NCBI GenBank assembly: GCA_963921275.4 | Contig: OZ001293.3 | Coordinates: forward strand, 6,080,001-6,144,000 | Direction: 5' to 3' | DNA length: 64,000 bases | Source of the DNA: an uncultured Hormoscilla sp. | GTDB lineage: Bacteria; Cyanobacteriota; Cyanobacteriia; Cyanobacteriales; Desertifilaceae | In this document: positions 9,971-21,370 of the stretch, piece after piece | Layout: every line of letters starts with the position of its first letter | Position numbering within the stretch: the stretch's first letter is position 1 | Notes under the pieces: model-generated | Databases searched by the model: none | Seen by the model: the letters and a program-made list of their open reading frames with translations, nothing else | Told to the model about the DNA's origin: nothing | Made by a program: the position numbers and the translations under genes

Positions 9971-11764
9971 TTATAACATCACGGGCATCCGTTGGAGAAC
10001 ACCCAGACCTAATTCTTGTTCCGATAGCGATCGCACCTCAAACAAAGCTAGCATATCTTTCAACTGAGGATTTCCCTTAGAAGCCCCCTTCATCCCCATG
10101 GCAATAATCAAACCGCAGCAACCCTTAGTTTTTTTACAGCGATCGTCCCATTTTTGTCTAGCTGCAGTATGAACCGAACTGAACTCAAACTCTTCAAACA
10201 AGTATAAATCCCCATCACCCGTTTGAAATATCCCCAAATCGAAGCTCTTGTCACTGTAGGGGTCTTCTCCTGGGTTAAAGCCAATTCCTTCCAGACCTTC
10301 AGCCGTTTGCAAATTCTGAATCAAAGCCTTTGCCTTCGGCTTAGAGGTTTGAACGATCACCACTGGCAGACCATCTCCAACTGTGGGAATCTGCTTTCGT
10401 GCCGCCTGATAGAAGTAAGCAGTTTTTCTTAATTGTTCTATACCCTCCCATGATACTACACATATACTACTTAGATAATTATCTGGGATCAGATCTTCCC
10501 GCAATAGGGGCATTTGCAGATCCCACTCATCGGAATCTTCATCGCAATCTTCATCGGAATCAGCTTCCATTACTGAAGAAACCATTTCAAACAGTTCCGC
10601 TGCTATATCCGGCAGAGTGGCAACCTTCACCTGAACTTTTTCTGCCGCCTCTTCGGCATCCGTTTGCGGTGTCTCTTCTTTTGTGCGCTTAGCGCTCCCA
10701 GGAGACACCGGAGGCAGGGTAATATTATATCGATTATTCAGGGCTGGAAACTGCTCGACCGTAATTTTTTTGCGCGAGGACTTAATAAAGCGACCTAGAG
10801 CTTCCAGCGCCACATACATGACCAGAGCCTCTTCTTCGTAGATAATTGACCGCAACCCCTCTAGTGGGTGTAAAGTCCCAAAATTCGGATCTATTTCTGA
10901 GAAGGGCAAGCTACCCAAATCCCAAGAAGACTCGTCGGAGTCAGCTAGTTCCGACTCATCGGAGAGTTCAAAAGTCAAGAACAGGCAATCTTGCTTGAGG
11001 AAGGCTTCTTCCAGCTTTTCGAGCGAGTCATGGGCCCATACCGCTGCCCGAAACTGCTTGAGAGAATCCAAGGACCGATATAGCAAAATGCCATATTCTT
11101 CACCCAGCATCCCCATCACTGAGACATAAAGGGTGCTCACATCCCAGCGGTTGAGTTCGATCGATAATACTTGGTACTCAGCCAAGATGTCCCAAGGACT
11201 CGCCTGCCAAATGTTACGTGCTTTGGAGAGCAACCCTTGAGCATACTGCGGCGGCAGTTGAGGAGGTCTGGTGATGAACTCCGATTGTAACTCTCGGAAC
11301 AGCCGATCGATCAGGGGCAGATTTGGCACATAGTCAATGGCAATGTCGAGGTCTTGGAGGACCCCTCGCAGGTAGAACTGGATTTCTCGATCGCGGACTA
11401 CTATTTTTTGGGGTAGGGCTGGTTTGGCCGGGCCCTGGGGATACTCGATCGCCCTGAGCAATGTCCGTACCACCACTTCTAGCCCTATCTCCGGTGCTAC
11501 CATATCCATTGACCGGACAATGCCTTCCGAGCCATCCACCCAAATAATGCATTCCCCTTGCGCCTCTGAGGGGACTTCTAGTTCATTGCCCTGTTCATCG
11601 ACAACCGGCAGACCAGCTGATATGGTGCGTCGATCGCCCTCCCAGACGCTGGTGATTTGTGGGAGTTTTTGCAGGCGACGGCATGTAGAGCGATTCAGAG
11701 TAGTCATAGACTCAGATTTATTGGGTACAAACGGGGGAGAAGCCAGCTGTGAGGTCAACCGCAT
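9971..11764 (-). CDS. Conserved cyanobacterial hypothetical protein (DUF6930-like)
   Basis: RRLQKLPQITSVWEGDRR, WVDGSEGIVRSMD and SVMGMLGEEYG motifs; long intact ORF. Confidence 0.8.
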   Translation of the reverse strand: MRLTSQLASPPFVPNKSESMTTLNRSTCRRLQKLPQITSVWEGDRRTISAGLPVVDEQGNELEVPSEAQGECIIWVDGSEGIVRSMDMVAPEIGLEVVVRTLLRAIEYPQGPAKPALPQKIVVRDREIQFYLRGVLQDLDIAIDYVPNLPLIDRLFRELQSEFITRPPQLPPQYAQGLLSKARNIWQASPWDILAEYQVLSIELNRWDVSTLYVSVMGMLGEEYGILLYRSLDSLKQFRAAVWAHDSLEKLEEAFLKQDCLFLTFELSDESELADSDESSWDLGSLPFSEIDPNFGTLHPLEGLRSIIYEEEALVMYVALEALGRFIKSSRKKITVEQFPALNNRYNITLPPVSPGSAKRTKEETPQTDAEEAAEKVQVKVATLPDIAAELFEMVSSVMEADSDEDCDEDSDEWDLQMPLLREDLIPDNYLSSICVVSWEGIEQLRKTAYFYQAARKQIPTVGDGLPVVIVQTSKPKAKALIQNLQTAEGLEGIGFNPGEDPYSDKSFDLGIFQTGDGDLYLFEEFEFSSVHTAARQKWDDRCKKTKGCCGLIIAMGMKGASKGNPQLKDMLALFEVRSLSEQELGLGVLQRMPVML

Positions 11765-11780
11765 ATTTTAATCTTAATCT

Positions 11781-14183
11781 ATTAAACTAAGCAAGGATGT
11801 CACCATCCCTGCTCGTCTTCAGAACCGGACTTGACACTTTCACGTCATCCGGCTCCTCAGTAACGCCACCTTTATCATAGGTACGGCTTTGTTTACTACC
11901 ATCGCTGGCAGTCTTTATATCGTGGCAATGTCTGTGTAGTAACTGTAGGTTGTCGTACCGGTCCTTACCCCCTAATGAGAGAGGCTTGACGTGGTCAACT
12001 TCCCACTTGTCACAGTCCATAAACGTTAGTCCGCAGTGTTGGCATTTCCCTTTTTGTCTCTTGAGTAGTGTTGCTACCCTCTTACTCAGCTCGGGGCTTT
12101 TGCCTAACCTCGTACTCCAGTATGTAAGGTTCCCGTCGTATGGGCTTACTGTACCTTTCACTTTTATGTGTCTGATTATCTCAGTTTCGGAGTGTTTACA
12201 CAGCGTTATTTCATCCTCTCCTACCTTGCACCGGAATCGCCATTTACCATCCTTATTTAGAGACCAGTATTTGCGGGCAATCCAATGACTTGATTTTTTG
12301 GGATGTCTTCTTTTTGCCCACTGCCATAGGATGTTCCATAGGTAGTTATCCATGCTTGCGTAAGTCTCCGAACTCACCGCCGCCCTGTAGTAGTTTGACC
12401 ATCCCCGTATTATCTGGTTTAGTCTGCTTATCAAGGCTGCTTGAGATGCTGCTTTATGGCTGGCCACCATTTCTGATAGCCGTTCTTTATACTTCCCTAT
12501 GGATTTATTACTGGGTTTGATTAGGGTTTTGAATCCTAGGGGTATTCCGTGCGTTGATTTGCCGGTTCTGTATTTACTCACCTCATATTGCCTTATGTTG
12601 AATCCCAGGAAATCGAATCCCGGATTTTTTCCTTTTAGCGTATGAGTTATTTTTGTCTTTTCGGCTTTCAACTCTAGCCCCATTCCTTTTAGCCACTCCG
12701 CCACCGCTGTCTGCGCTCTGCCTATCATCTCCTTGTCTTCGTGCATTATCACAAAGTCATCGGCATACCTGACTACTGTCAGCGTCTGCTTTTCCTTTTG
12801 TGTCCTGGCGAGTTTCTTCACTGCCTCCTCTAACCGGTGTAGGGCTATGTTGGCCAGCAGTGGTGATATGACTCCCCCCTGGGGTGTCCCCGCCTCGGTT
12901 GCATGCCATTCCCCTTTGTCCATCACCCCGGCTTTTAACCATGCCCGTATTTGCTTACGGATTGGTGATGTTGTATTCAGTTTTTCCAGTAGCGCTCTGT
13001 GGTTTATCTTGTCAAAGCATTTTGCAATATCGGCATCCAAGACCCACTTGGGTTTGTACCTGATGCTTAGGAATATTGCTTCAATTGCATCGTGGCATCC
13101 CCTACCCGGTCTGAACCCATAAGAGTTCCCTTCCATATGCGCCTCCCATTCCGGTTCGAGCGCAATCTTGAGGAGCCCCTGTGTCGCACGGTCGTACATC
13201 GTTGGTATTCCTAAAGGACGCTTCTCCTCTCTCCCCGGCTTTGGTATCCATACACGACGTGTAGGTTTGGCCTTATTTGAGATTTCAATTTGTCTTACCA
13301 GTTCTGAGCGTTGCTTTGGGGTCAGTGCTTTTATACCGTCCACTCCCGCCGTCTTCTTTCCCTGGTTGTCTTGAGTTACCTGTCGTACCGCTAGACTTTT
13401 GGCAGCCCGGGATTTTACCAGTAACCTTTGGAGTCTGCGAACTGGTCGCTTATTACGCCTTCCATTGCCGCTCTGTAAATTCGCTTTTGCAACTTAAAGA
13501 CTACCCGCTCCAGCCGAGGCCAGGGGCTATCCTTCCATTCATTCATCGATTCGGAAACCCTGCTCATGACGTATGCATTGCTACTTACAACTTCACAATT
13601 GACGTTACCGTGAGGGCGTCAGCATATCCCATCCATTGCAGATAGGCGTTGGCTTCTCCTCGAAATCTTTCCCAGATACAACCTGCCAAATGAAAGCAGA
13701 TGTTGCGCCTGTGGTGGCTACTCAACCTATCGACCGGTAGTTGAGAGTATGTATCTGGTTTACTTCGTTCCTCTAGATGATTGGTCGTAGTTTTAGATGG
13801 ACTCTATATGCCGGGTTTGTTGTCAGTGCTTATTGGTCGGGGACAAAACCGCCAATGACCTATATCCTTTCCCTTTTGGGCCAGCGTATTAGCCTTATTC
13901 CGCTGGTTTGGGTTGACGACACTTATGAGCCTTCGCTTTCGTTCATCATGACTACTTGCTTGACGGTGACCGGTTTTGGCTACCAGTCAGGGCGCCTTTC
14001 TCTCCCGCTTTACGGATTGATGCCATCGCTACCGTCGGGTGAGTGCTGTCACTCCTGCACCTAGAGGGGTGGGCTTTCACCACCATCATCTAGAAGTTAT
14101 CAGGGCTAATGGAACCCTGCCAGTGGTCCCTCGCCGGTGTTCCTCTATTGGTTCACCGGTGATTTACACTGAACGAATCGCAC
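11781..14183 (-). mobile_element. Group II intron (IIB, chloroplast-like) with RT/maturase/HNH ORF
   Basis: 5' GTGCGATTCGTTC; domain V GAGCCGGATGACGTGAAAGTGTCAAGTCCGGTTC; domain VI ending ...TTTAAT; EBS1 UUGUCC (13841-13846) pairs with 5' flank GGAUAA. Confidence 0.95.
11787..13567 (-). pseudogene. ltrA: Group II intron reverse transcriptase/maturase with a frameshift near 13460
   Basis: MSRVSESMNEWKD..WPRLERVVFKLQKRIYRA in one frame and VRRLQRLLVKS..TAGVDG..PQGG..YADD..HNH in another; the two frames differ by 2 nt. Confidence 0.9.
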
Positions 14184-14316
14184 TTATCCAGACCCACCAT
14201 AACAAAATCATACTCTCTGCTGCCACCATCAGCAGTTAATTCCCGAGCCGCCACAACCGGAGTTCCTCGATAGAATAGACAGAAGGATTTATACTGCGTT
14301 AGGAGTACGGCCAACG

Positions 14317-15572
14317 ATGACACAAGCAACTCAAGCTCAACAACGAGGCATCCTGATGACGGCAGCTGCCAAAGAGCATATGCTCGGACTACGGGAAAAA
14401 CAAGGGAAAGACCTCTGTCTGCGGGTTGGAGTCCGCCAGGGGGGTTGTTCGGGATTGTCCTATATGATGGATTTTGAAGACCCCAGCCAGATATCAGAGT
14501 CCGATAAGGTCTATGATTATGATGGCTTCGTGCGATTCGTTCCGGTATAAGCCAGTATGGTGAAAATCGGGTCTGGTTCCATTAGCCAGATAACTCTGGT
14601 AATCATGGGGGTTAAATTCCCCTCCCCCAGGTGCGGGGGTGACACCGGTCCTCGGTGCTGCGGAGCCACATCACCGTGGTGCTAAGCGAGGACTCAAATG
14701 AGGATAGCTGGCAGCCTAAGCTGGCAACTCCACTAGGAAAGAGGCTCATGGTCAGAACAAACAAATCTCCGTAAGTATCGTTACATAGAACCAGCGAAAA
14801 GGCTGATTGCGCTGGCCCAAAAGGGAAAGCAGTTCGCGTATCAATGCTGTGGCCTCATTGATATCGTACCCGCTCAGGACTGCCGGTATAGAGGAGAGAC
14901 CTAAAAGCCTCGCGAAATGATACCAGGGAACGAAGTAACCCCTCGTGTGCTGTCCAATAGGACCAGTCAGATGTGAAGCGCAAGCCACGAGCGGGAAAGA
15001 TGGCCCGAGAAGCTAATGCCTGGGCGGTGTCTTCCGCATGCTCTTGTCCTGAAGGACAAGAGCATGCGGAAGACGCCGGGTAATGCTCATGGATATGCTG
15101 ACGCGGGTCGGTGATATCAGGAAACTACTGGTATAAGTAACCTCAAAACGTCATAAACCCGTCCGCAACGTATAGCGCAAGCGAGTTGAGGATTGAGGGA
15201 TGTATAACTGGTAAAACGGACACGCAAATGGTGATCCTAAAGGTTTTTTAAAGCCACTCACCAACCAGGAAAGGGGCTAAATTGCAAGTAGTAAGGGCCA
15301 ACGGCGAGTAATCCCTAGTAAGCCTACCCATGTCAAGGGCCTGGTACCCAGTAGCCGGATGCGATGAAAGTCGCACGTCCGGTTCCGAACGGGAGGGTTG
15401 GGAAGCGATTCTCAGCTCGACCCCTAATCAGGTCGTCTGCGACCCCAAGAGCCTCCTCTATCTCTATGGCTTGCAGCTGGACTACAGCGATGCCCTCATT
15501 GGCGGTGGCTTCCAATTCACTAACCCCAATGCTACCCAGTCCTGCGGTTGCGGCAAGTCCTTTTCTGCCTAA
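14317..15572 (+). CDS. iscA: HesB/IscA Fe-S assembly protein, two exons (14317-14529 and 15429-15572)
   Basis: Spliced product reads ...GGCSGLSY...[20 protein letters not shown]...[14 protein letters not shown], in frame, 118 aa. Confidence 0.95.
14530..15428 (+). mobile_element. ORF-less group II intron inside iscA
   Basis: 5' GTGCGATTCGTTC; domain V TAGCCGGATGCGATGAAAGTCGCACGTCCGGTTC; domain VI ending CCCCTAAT; removing it restores the iscA frame exactly. Confidence 0.95.
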
Positions 15573-15816
15573 TGGTGATTTGTGACTAGAACGGAAGTAG
15601 GGTGGGCATCGCCCACCTTGCTGCTAAGCTGTCGCGCATCGCTCACTGCATATTTGGCTATCGGATTAAATCGTGGCAACCCTCGACCCCTAAGCGTTTC
15701 AGCAACCCAGCCTGCCCCATTTGGGACTATGCAATTTAAATGCATCACAGCTTACCGGTACTGTCTGGACTGGATAATTTTTGATTGACTAAAAGGCAAA
15801 TATAAGGTATATTGAC

Positions 15817-16239
15817 ATGTCTAAGGCAGCAGAAACCCTGTTTAATGAGGGAGTCGAACGATATCAAGCCGGTGAAGTGGCGGAGACCCTGATTCCGGTG
15901 TTCAAGGAGATTTGCGATCGCTCTCCGAAAAACAGCGCCGCTTGGACAAGTCTAGCATGGCTGTATCTGTTGGAGTCCAAACCAAAATCGGCGTACAAAG
16001 CCGCACTCAAAGCGGTGAAACTCAATCCCGACGATCCTCAGGCACGAGTTAATTTGGCCGCTGCGATGCTAGAAACTAACCGCAAGGGCGTCCGAGAACA
16101 TGTCGATCGGGCCCAGTCCTTGATCGTGGGTTTTGCCGAATTGCGGGAGGAAGTTAAAGCCAATTTTGCAGACGGATTAAGCAGAAAGCCCGATTGGCAG
16201 CACTTAAAGCAGATCGAAAAGTGGCTGTTTGAGCTTTAA
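15817..16239 (+). CDS. Tetratricopeptide repeat protein
   Basis: AAWTSLAWLYLL..KAVKLNPDDPQARVNLA TPR pattern; usual iscA neighbour. Confidence 0.88.
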   Translation: MSKAAETLFNEGVERYQAGEVAETLIPVFKEICDRSPKNSAAWTSLAWLYLLESKPKSAYKAALKAVKLNPDDPQARVNLAAAMLETNRKGVREHVDRAQSLIVGFAELREEVKANFADGLSRKPDWQHLKQIEKWLFEL

Positions 16240-16329
16240 TTAGCCCACAGCTGACCTATCGAGTGGAATTATACCACAAGTTCTGCGATAACTAAGCGCT
16301 TTTCTTACCTGAGCAGATAGAGGCAATCA

Positions 16330-16578
16330 ATGAAAGAGCGACTGATCGATTGGCTGAATTTGGCTTTAACAGCGAATATATTTTTGGTTTTATGCAGTTT
16401 CGCCTGGTTAATACTGGCTGTTTTGGGCAAGGCTACGGGTATTCCCCTGGGTTGGGACGTCTGGTATCAACTATGGGAACCGGTGTTCACCCCGGCCATT
16501 GGCATCTTGGTGGCCGGTGCCATTATTAGTGGTATAGCTAGTTGGGTGGCTAAGCGCCTGAATTCAGATTCGACCTGA
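16330..16578 (+). CDS. Small two-helix membrane protein
   Basis: Two hydrophobic segments, WYQLWEPVFTPAIGIL; GAGG RBS. Confidence 0.8.
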   Translation: MKERLIDWLNLALTANIFLVLCSFAWLILAVLGKATGIPLGWDVWYQLWEPVFTPAIGILVAGAIISGIASWVAKRLNSDST

Positions 16579-16596
16579 TTATATCGTAGATGCTCT

Positions 16597-19500
16597 TAGC
16601 CATCAGCTTCAGCCGCCAAAGCATTATCAATACAAGTCTTTAACCTGTCTGCCAACACCCGCACATGAGGTTCGGCCAGCATACTAAAGTGGTCGCCGGG
16701 AACTCTGATGAGCTCGATAACGTGTTTTTCCCAACCCATTGCTGGGCTGCCTCAAATAAATCGGCAATGTTACTTCCCGGACACGACCTAACAGTTCTCG
16801 AACAGTAGGATTACCATTCAGGTTAGTCCGCAGCACTACGGTGTTGATGAAAAATCCAATCAGTTGCTCGATTTCCGGTCGATTGCGACCTGCTACCGGA
16901 GTGCCCAGGACGATATCTTTACTCCCAGCGAGACAGCAACAGCTTGAATGCTGCTAGTAAGGTCATAAAGACTGTGACTCCTTCTTGTTGGCTTAATGCT
17001 TTGATAGATTGACTTAAGGTTTGAGAAAGGAGCAGAGATTGCTTTTGACCTGTAAAGGTTTGGACTGACGGGCGAGGTCTGTCTGTGGGTAGTTCCAGTA
17101 AAGGTGGCGCACTTGCTAATTGTTGTTTCCAATAGTTGAGTTAGGTTTCCTTGAGGTTTCCCTGGAACCACTCTCGCGGCCACAGTGCATAGTCCGCATA
17201 TTGAATTAGCAAGTCGGCGTCGGGGGACTTTTGGCCACTGCTTCTAGCTTCATACAGTGCCGATAATGAGTGCCATAATACCCCCATTGACCAACCATCG
17301 GAGATGATGTGATGCATGGTTAGCATCAACACATGGGATTGGCAATTCAGTTGTAGTAAGGTCACCCGCAGTAGAGGAACGAACTCTAAATCAAAAGGTT
17401 TTTGAGCCTCTTGTATGACTAGGCGCTGGACTTCCGCCTCCCGTTGAGCCTCTGGCAACTGTTGTAGGTCCATGAGGGATAGGGGAGTTGGCGTGGTCGA
17501 GGCAATTACCTGAATGGGAACCCCATTTTCGCTAGTGAACCTTGTCCGCAGAATTTCGTGACGGCTGATGATTTCCTCGAGGGCAAGTTCTAGAGACTCG
17601 ACCGATAACTTTCCTTCCAGTCGCCAAGCACTGGCTATATTGTATGTAGCGCTTTTTCCTTCAAGTCGATCGAGAAACCAGAGTCTTTCTTGGGCAAAGG
17701 AGAGGGCTAGTTTGACATCTGCTGTTCTGGGCGTGATGGTTGATGCTGGGACATTTCCGGCTGTTTGACGAGCTGTTTCTATGACTTGAGCGAGTTCCGC
17801 TACGGTGGGCGCTTCAAATAAATGGCGCAGGGGTAATTCTACTGAGAATACCTCCTGTATCCTGCAGATGACTTGAGTGGCTTTGAGGGAATGTCCTCCT
17901 AATTCAAAGAAGTTGTCATAGATGCCGATTTTTTTCCTGACGAGAACTTGACTCCAAATTGCAGCTAGCAGTTCTTCTGTGGGACTGCTGGGCGGGACAA
18001 ATGTGGTGTCACTGGCGGCTGAAATATCTGGTGCTGGCAACCCACGGCGATCGACTTTGCCATTGGGAGTTAGGGGCATTGCTTCCAAAAGAACGAAGGC
18101 GGAAGGCACCATATAGTCGGGGAGTTTGCTCTTGAGTAAGTCCCTCAAGTTGCTAATGGTGAGTTCAACCTTGCCAACGACATAAGCAACGAGACGTTTG
18201 TCGCCAGGTAGAGGCGAGAACCCGGGGAGTTGCTAAAGGGTTGGGAATGAATTTTTGTGCGGTTAGGTTTGGGCGGCCCTTATAGCCTCGGGCTAAACCA
18301 GCACCTCCGATATGCATTTCACCGGGAACGCCGATGGGTACTGATTGGAGATGGCTGTCTAGGATGTAAATTTGAGTATTGGCGATCGGACGACCAATGT
18401 GAGGCGACACAAAATCTCGATCGTCAGATATAACCAGTCCAGAAGTCGTCACCACGGTATTCTCAGTTGGCCCGTAGTTGTTAACCAACTTAAACGAAAT
18501 AAAATCGTCCGGAAAGCGAGAAAGTTTATCTCCACCTGTCAGCATAATTCGCAAAGCAATATTTGCTCGCCAATCCAGAGATAGCAACTTTTATGCTAGT
18601 GGTGTAGGGACAAAAGTAATTGTTATTTGCTTTAACAGGAGCCAATCGCGCAGCTTTTCTGGGTCGAGAATATTCTCAGCTTTCACCAGATAAATAGTGG
18701 CTCCGGCTGTTAGGTAAGGCCACAATTCCCATACGGCAGCATCAAAAGCTGTTCCGGCTATCTGAGTGGATCGGTCTGATGAAGCGATCGCAAAATTTAT
18801 TTGGTGCCATAAAACTAAGTTTATAAGTCCCGAGTTCCGAATTAAAACTCCTTTAGGTCTGCCCGTTGAACCCGATGTGTAAATTACAAAAGCTAAGTTG
18901 TTAGCTTTTGTTTTATTGACAGGGTTCTCTTGACCTTCTGAGGCAATAACATCCCAATCGGAATCCAACAAAATCACCTGGGCAATACTTGAGGGGAGTT
19001 CGGAAACCAACTTAGATTCTGTTAACAAAACTGGCACTTCCGAATCTGACAGCATATAATTCAAGCGCTCTGTCGGATAATTAGGGTCTAAAGGCACATA
19101 AGCACCACCGGCTTTGAGAATCCCCAAGAATCCCACCACCATATCAATGGAACGTTCTACACAAATCCTCACCAATACTTCCAGGCCTACTCCTAGAGAT
19201 TGTAAATAATGTGCAAGTTGATTCGCCCGACTATTTAACTGACGATAGGTCAATTGCTCATTTTCAAATACCACTGCCACCGCATCTGGTGTGCGCTCTA
19301 CTTGCTCTTCAAATAACTGATGTATGCACTTGGACTGAGGATAATCGGTCTGAGTATTATTCCACTCCACCAGCAGTTGGTAGCGTTCTTCTGGGGACAG
19401 TAAGTTTAAGCGAGCAATCGGTTGGGTTGGGTCGGTAGCAATGGCACTAGCAAAAATGGCAAACTGGCATTGCATTCTGGCAATGCTCTGCGAGTCAAAT

Positions 19501-20844
19501 ATTTTCGGATCGCAGACCCAGCAGCATTCTGTTCCCTCTTCCGGCAGGACAACGGTGAGGCAACTCTCAGACTCGCTCGAAATTTCATAATTGTCTAATT
19601 TCCTGACCCGTTCCACCACAACTGAGAATCTAGGCGTCTTTTTTAGTTCTGGTATCCGGGCAAAAATATCGCGTCCATAAGTCTTGTGCTGTCGGATTGT
19701 GTTGAGTTCATGCCCTAGGGTATTGAGCAGTTCTTCAAAGTTTTGTTCCGAGTCTATCTCGATGCGTAAATGGATTGAGGAGGCAAAAAAGCCCTCTACC
19801 CTCGCCCACTCTCGTTGCCGCTCATCTGCGTACCCGATATCGAAACGTTTCGTTGCGCCAATCCGAGACAAATAGCCCACAAAAGCCGCCAAGAGGAAGT
19901 CTGCTACGCTCCAACTTCTCTGACACCACTCCCAGAAAGTCAACAGTTCCTTGGATAAAGTCATCTGTCGGCTCTCGGATTCTCTGGGCTGACCGAACGC
20001 TCTAGCCAAAGCTGCATATGGCAACGAGACAGGTTCCAATGTCGTTAGCCTTTTGACCCAGAATGCTTCATGCTAGCAAATTTCGCGATCGCATTGAGAT
20101 AGATGCACTGCCAACTCTGGCGATCGGTCTGCTAAACGATATCCTTCATACAGCCCGGATGAAAGCATCGATCTCCTCGGCACGTCGGTTCCAGGAAATC
20201 ACGCATCCTGCCTCCGGTCTCTGATAGCGTCCGAAATAGCTGCGATCGTCCAGCTTTTGTTTTCGTGGCCAGACTCCACCGGAAGATAGCTCGTCAATTA
20301 ACTGCGTAAAGGAATCGATCGCCGCATCATAACATTTTACATTCAGAGTCAAGGCGGTTTCCTCGGGTGCGATGTCGAGTACAACCTGTTTGAGAATATC
20401 CCCTGTATCAACTCCCTCGTCCATCTGATGCCAAGTAATCCCATGACTTTTCTCCCCATACATCAATGTCCATGAAGTTGCATGGACTCCCGCATATTTC
20501 GGCAAAGGAGCATCGTGGTAATTTATGGCACCCAATCGCGGCAACTCTAAGACCTTTTTCTTTAAAATGTAGGAATTTACGATACTAAACAGAGAATCAA
20601 ACGGTTGCTGGCTTAAAAACTCGGTAATTTCCACCGATGGCCGATCCTGATTTCGGTAAGGTATCCCTCGTTCTTTTGTCCAGTCACCGATTAATGAATC
20701 TGAGGAGACCACACCGCCTATTTTATGACCGCGAGCTAAAATAATTTGGGCACATTGGATGGGTAAACTTCCCTAGCCAATAATAAAACAGCTAAAAATT
20801 TTCCCTCTCGGCTTTTCTGTCCTTTGATTCTCTGTTCGCTTCAT
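16597..20844 (-). pseudogene. NRPS relic: formyltransferase - C-like linker - A - T - C - (deletion) - TE tail
   Basis: INYHDAPLPKYAG and DEGVDTGDIL (formyltransferase); [11 protein letters not shown] and NYGPTE (A); FFELGGHSL (T); MHHIISDGWS (C); VPGDHFSMLAEPHV (TE end); stops at 20773, 18591 and 17141 plus frameshifts. Confidence 0.9.
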
Positions 20845-20952
20845 TAGCCCTTTTCTCCTTTGTTTGTTTCTGATAGGGGGACAACGCGGGTTAGAATGTA
20901 GATAGGCAAGCTCTATGGCACGCTGTCCTTAAAGGCTAGTTTTCCCACTCTT

Positions 20953-21001
20953 CCTACACCCTACACCCTACATCCTACACCCTAATTTCACCCTACACCC
21001 T
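20953..21001. repeat. Heptamer tandem repeat (CCTACAC)n, STRR-like
   Basis: About 5-6 imperfect copies. Confidence 0.8.
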
Positions 21002-21039
21002 CCTTGACTCAAAAAGGCAGTTCCTCTTGGACATTGAGA

Positions 21040-21200
21040 GATTATCTGGCGATTCTCTGCTGCCTTGAGTTTGCCTACTACTGTATTTATAGTATCAAGC
21101 AAACGACTGTAGGTTAGTTGAGACCGACCAGCAGCGACAATAGAGCTATGTCTTGGGGATTTTTCTTGGCCCTAGCCTCAAGCATATGGTATACTCCCAA
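21040..21200 (-). pseudogene. N-terminal remnant of an AMP-binding enzyme upstream of the NRPS
   Basis: HMLEARAKKNPQDIA / IVAAGRSQLTYSRLLDTINTVVGKL across a frameshift; resembles the A1 LTY motif. Confidence 0.45.
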
Positions 21201-21212
21201 AGGGATTGAATG

Positions 21213-21370
21213 TGTCCGGAGCGAGGGGGGAAATCCCTGACCGAAGCAGTCCGGAACACGTAGATGATCCCCCTCCGAAGCAATCTCCTACCCAGCGCCG
21301 TGGATATTGCTTCGGGGGGGTTAATCCTACGACACAATGCTTTCAATTCGACCCACCCTCGCTCCGGACA
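21213..21370. repeat. Palindromic element with TGTCCGGAGCGAGGG inverted ends
   Basis: 15-bp inverted ends and an inner CCGAAGCAAT/ATTGCTTCGG pair; a related end occurs near 54432-54449. Confidence 0.6.

Noticed and set aside
11787..13567. RT as part of a diversity-generating retroelement or retron
   Set aside because: It has maturase and HNH domains and lies within clear group II intron boundaries; no template/variable repeat pair with adenine-specific differences was seen
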